Position numbers and translations under genes: made by a program
The notes under the pieces: generated by a model
What the model saw: the letters and a program-made list of their open reading frames with translations, nothing else
What the model was told of the DNA's origin: nothing
Databases searched by the model: none
Shown here: in pieces, positions 46,531-46,608 of the stretch
Position numbering within the stretch: the first letter of the stretch is position 1
Layout of the letters: each line of letters opens with the position of its first letter
Assembly (NCBI GenBank): GCA_964526615.1
Contig: CAZGLF010000001.1
Span: 29,179 to 75,786 of the forward strand
Length of the DNA: 46,608 nt
Direction of reading: 5' to 3'
Source: an uncultured Planctomycetia bacterium
GTDB lineage: Bacteria > Omnitrophota > Gorgyraeia > Duberdicusellales > 4484-171

Positions 46531-46608
46531 CTAAGTGCAGTTAAATAATATATGTTCTTTAATATATATAAACGATAATAGTAAACCTTCTGAAAAGAAG
46601 GGGCACAA

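Overview
AT-rich, densely packed bacterial chromosomal window, standard genetic code, mostly housekeeping genes. The lineage cannot be determined from this window. The gene content (GatCAB, a Bacteroidetes/Chlamydia-style V-type ATPase operon, domain-reduced ThrRS and PheT) fits an uncultivated or reduced lineage.

Gene order:
- mutM and a pabB-pabC fusion
- two secreted proteins of unknown function (minus strand)
- pyrK, a half-size TSUP membrane protein, pyrD, pyrF
- a seven-gene V-type ATPase operon (E, DUF2764-like, A, B, D, I, K)
- tRNA-Val(TAC)
- thrS-infC-rpmI-rplT, then a trkA/trkA/trkH insertion, then pheS-pheT
- an orphan ~165-nt structured ncRNA with a near-consensus promoter
- a PAC2-family protein, nnrE and a UPF0280/ApbE-like protein
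- tRNA-Leu(GAG) on the minus strand, embedded in repeats
- a minus-strand NfeD-SPFH-FIST-histidine kinase-REC/GGDEF cluster
- cvpA, a NIF3-like protein, dnaG, rpoD, gatCAB, ctpA, tsaD, mgtC
- a bactofilin-HTH fusion and an HTH-TM protein
- a tRNA-binding-domain protein, yjbQ and a DnaQ-like exonuclease with a WYL-like tail

The most unusual signal is non-coding. Both tRNA genes are followed or flanked by extra copies of their own terminal segments. Each junction carries a hairpin module with a GCTTCGC (GCGAAGC) mini-hairpin placed exactly 11 nt from the tRNA-derived fragment. The stems differ by compensatory substitutions between loci. At tRNA-Leu this produces 2.4 perfect 134-bp tandem units on one side and a diverged 93-bp duplication on the other. 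I read this as a candidate hairpin-ended miniature element or recombination system that targets tRNA genes.

Other notable points:
- the orphan ncRNA
- a GGDDF-variant GGDEF response regulator
- the bactofilin-HTH fusion
- the exonuclease-WYL fusion
- PheT lacking its OB-fold domain while a stand-alone tRNA-binding-domain protein is present
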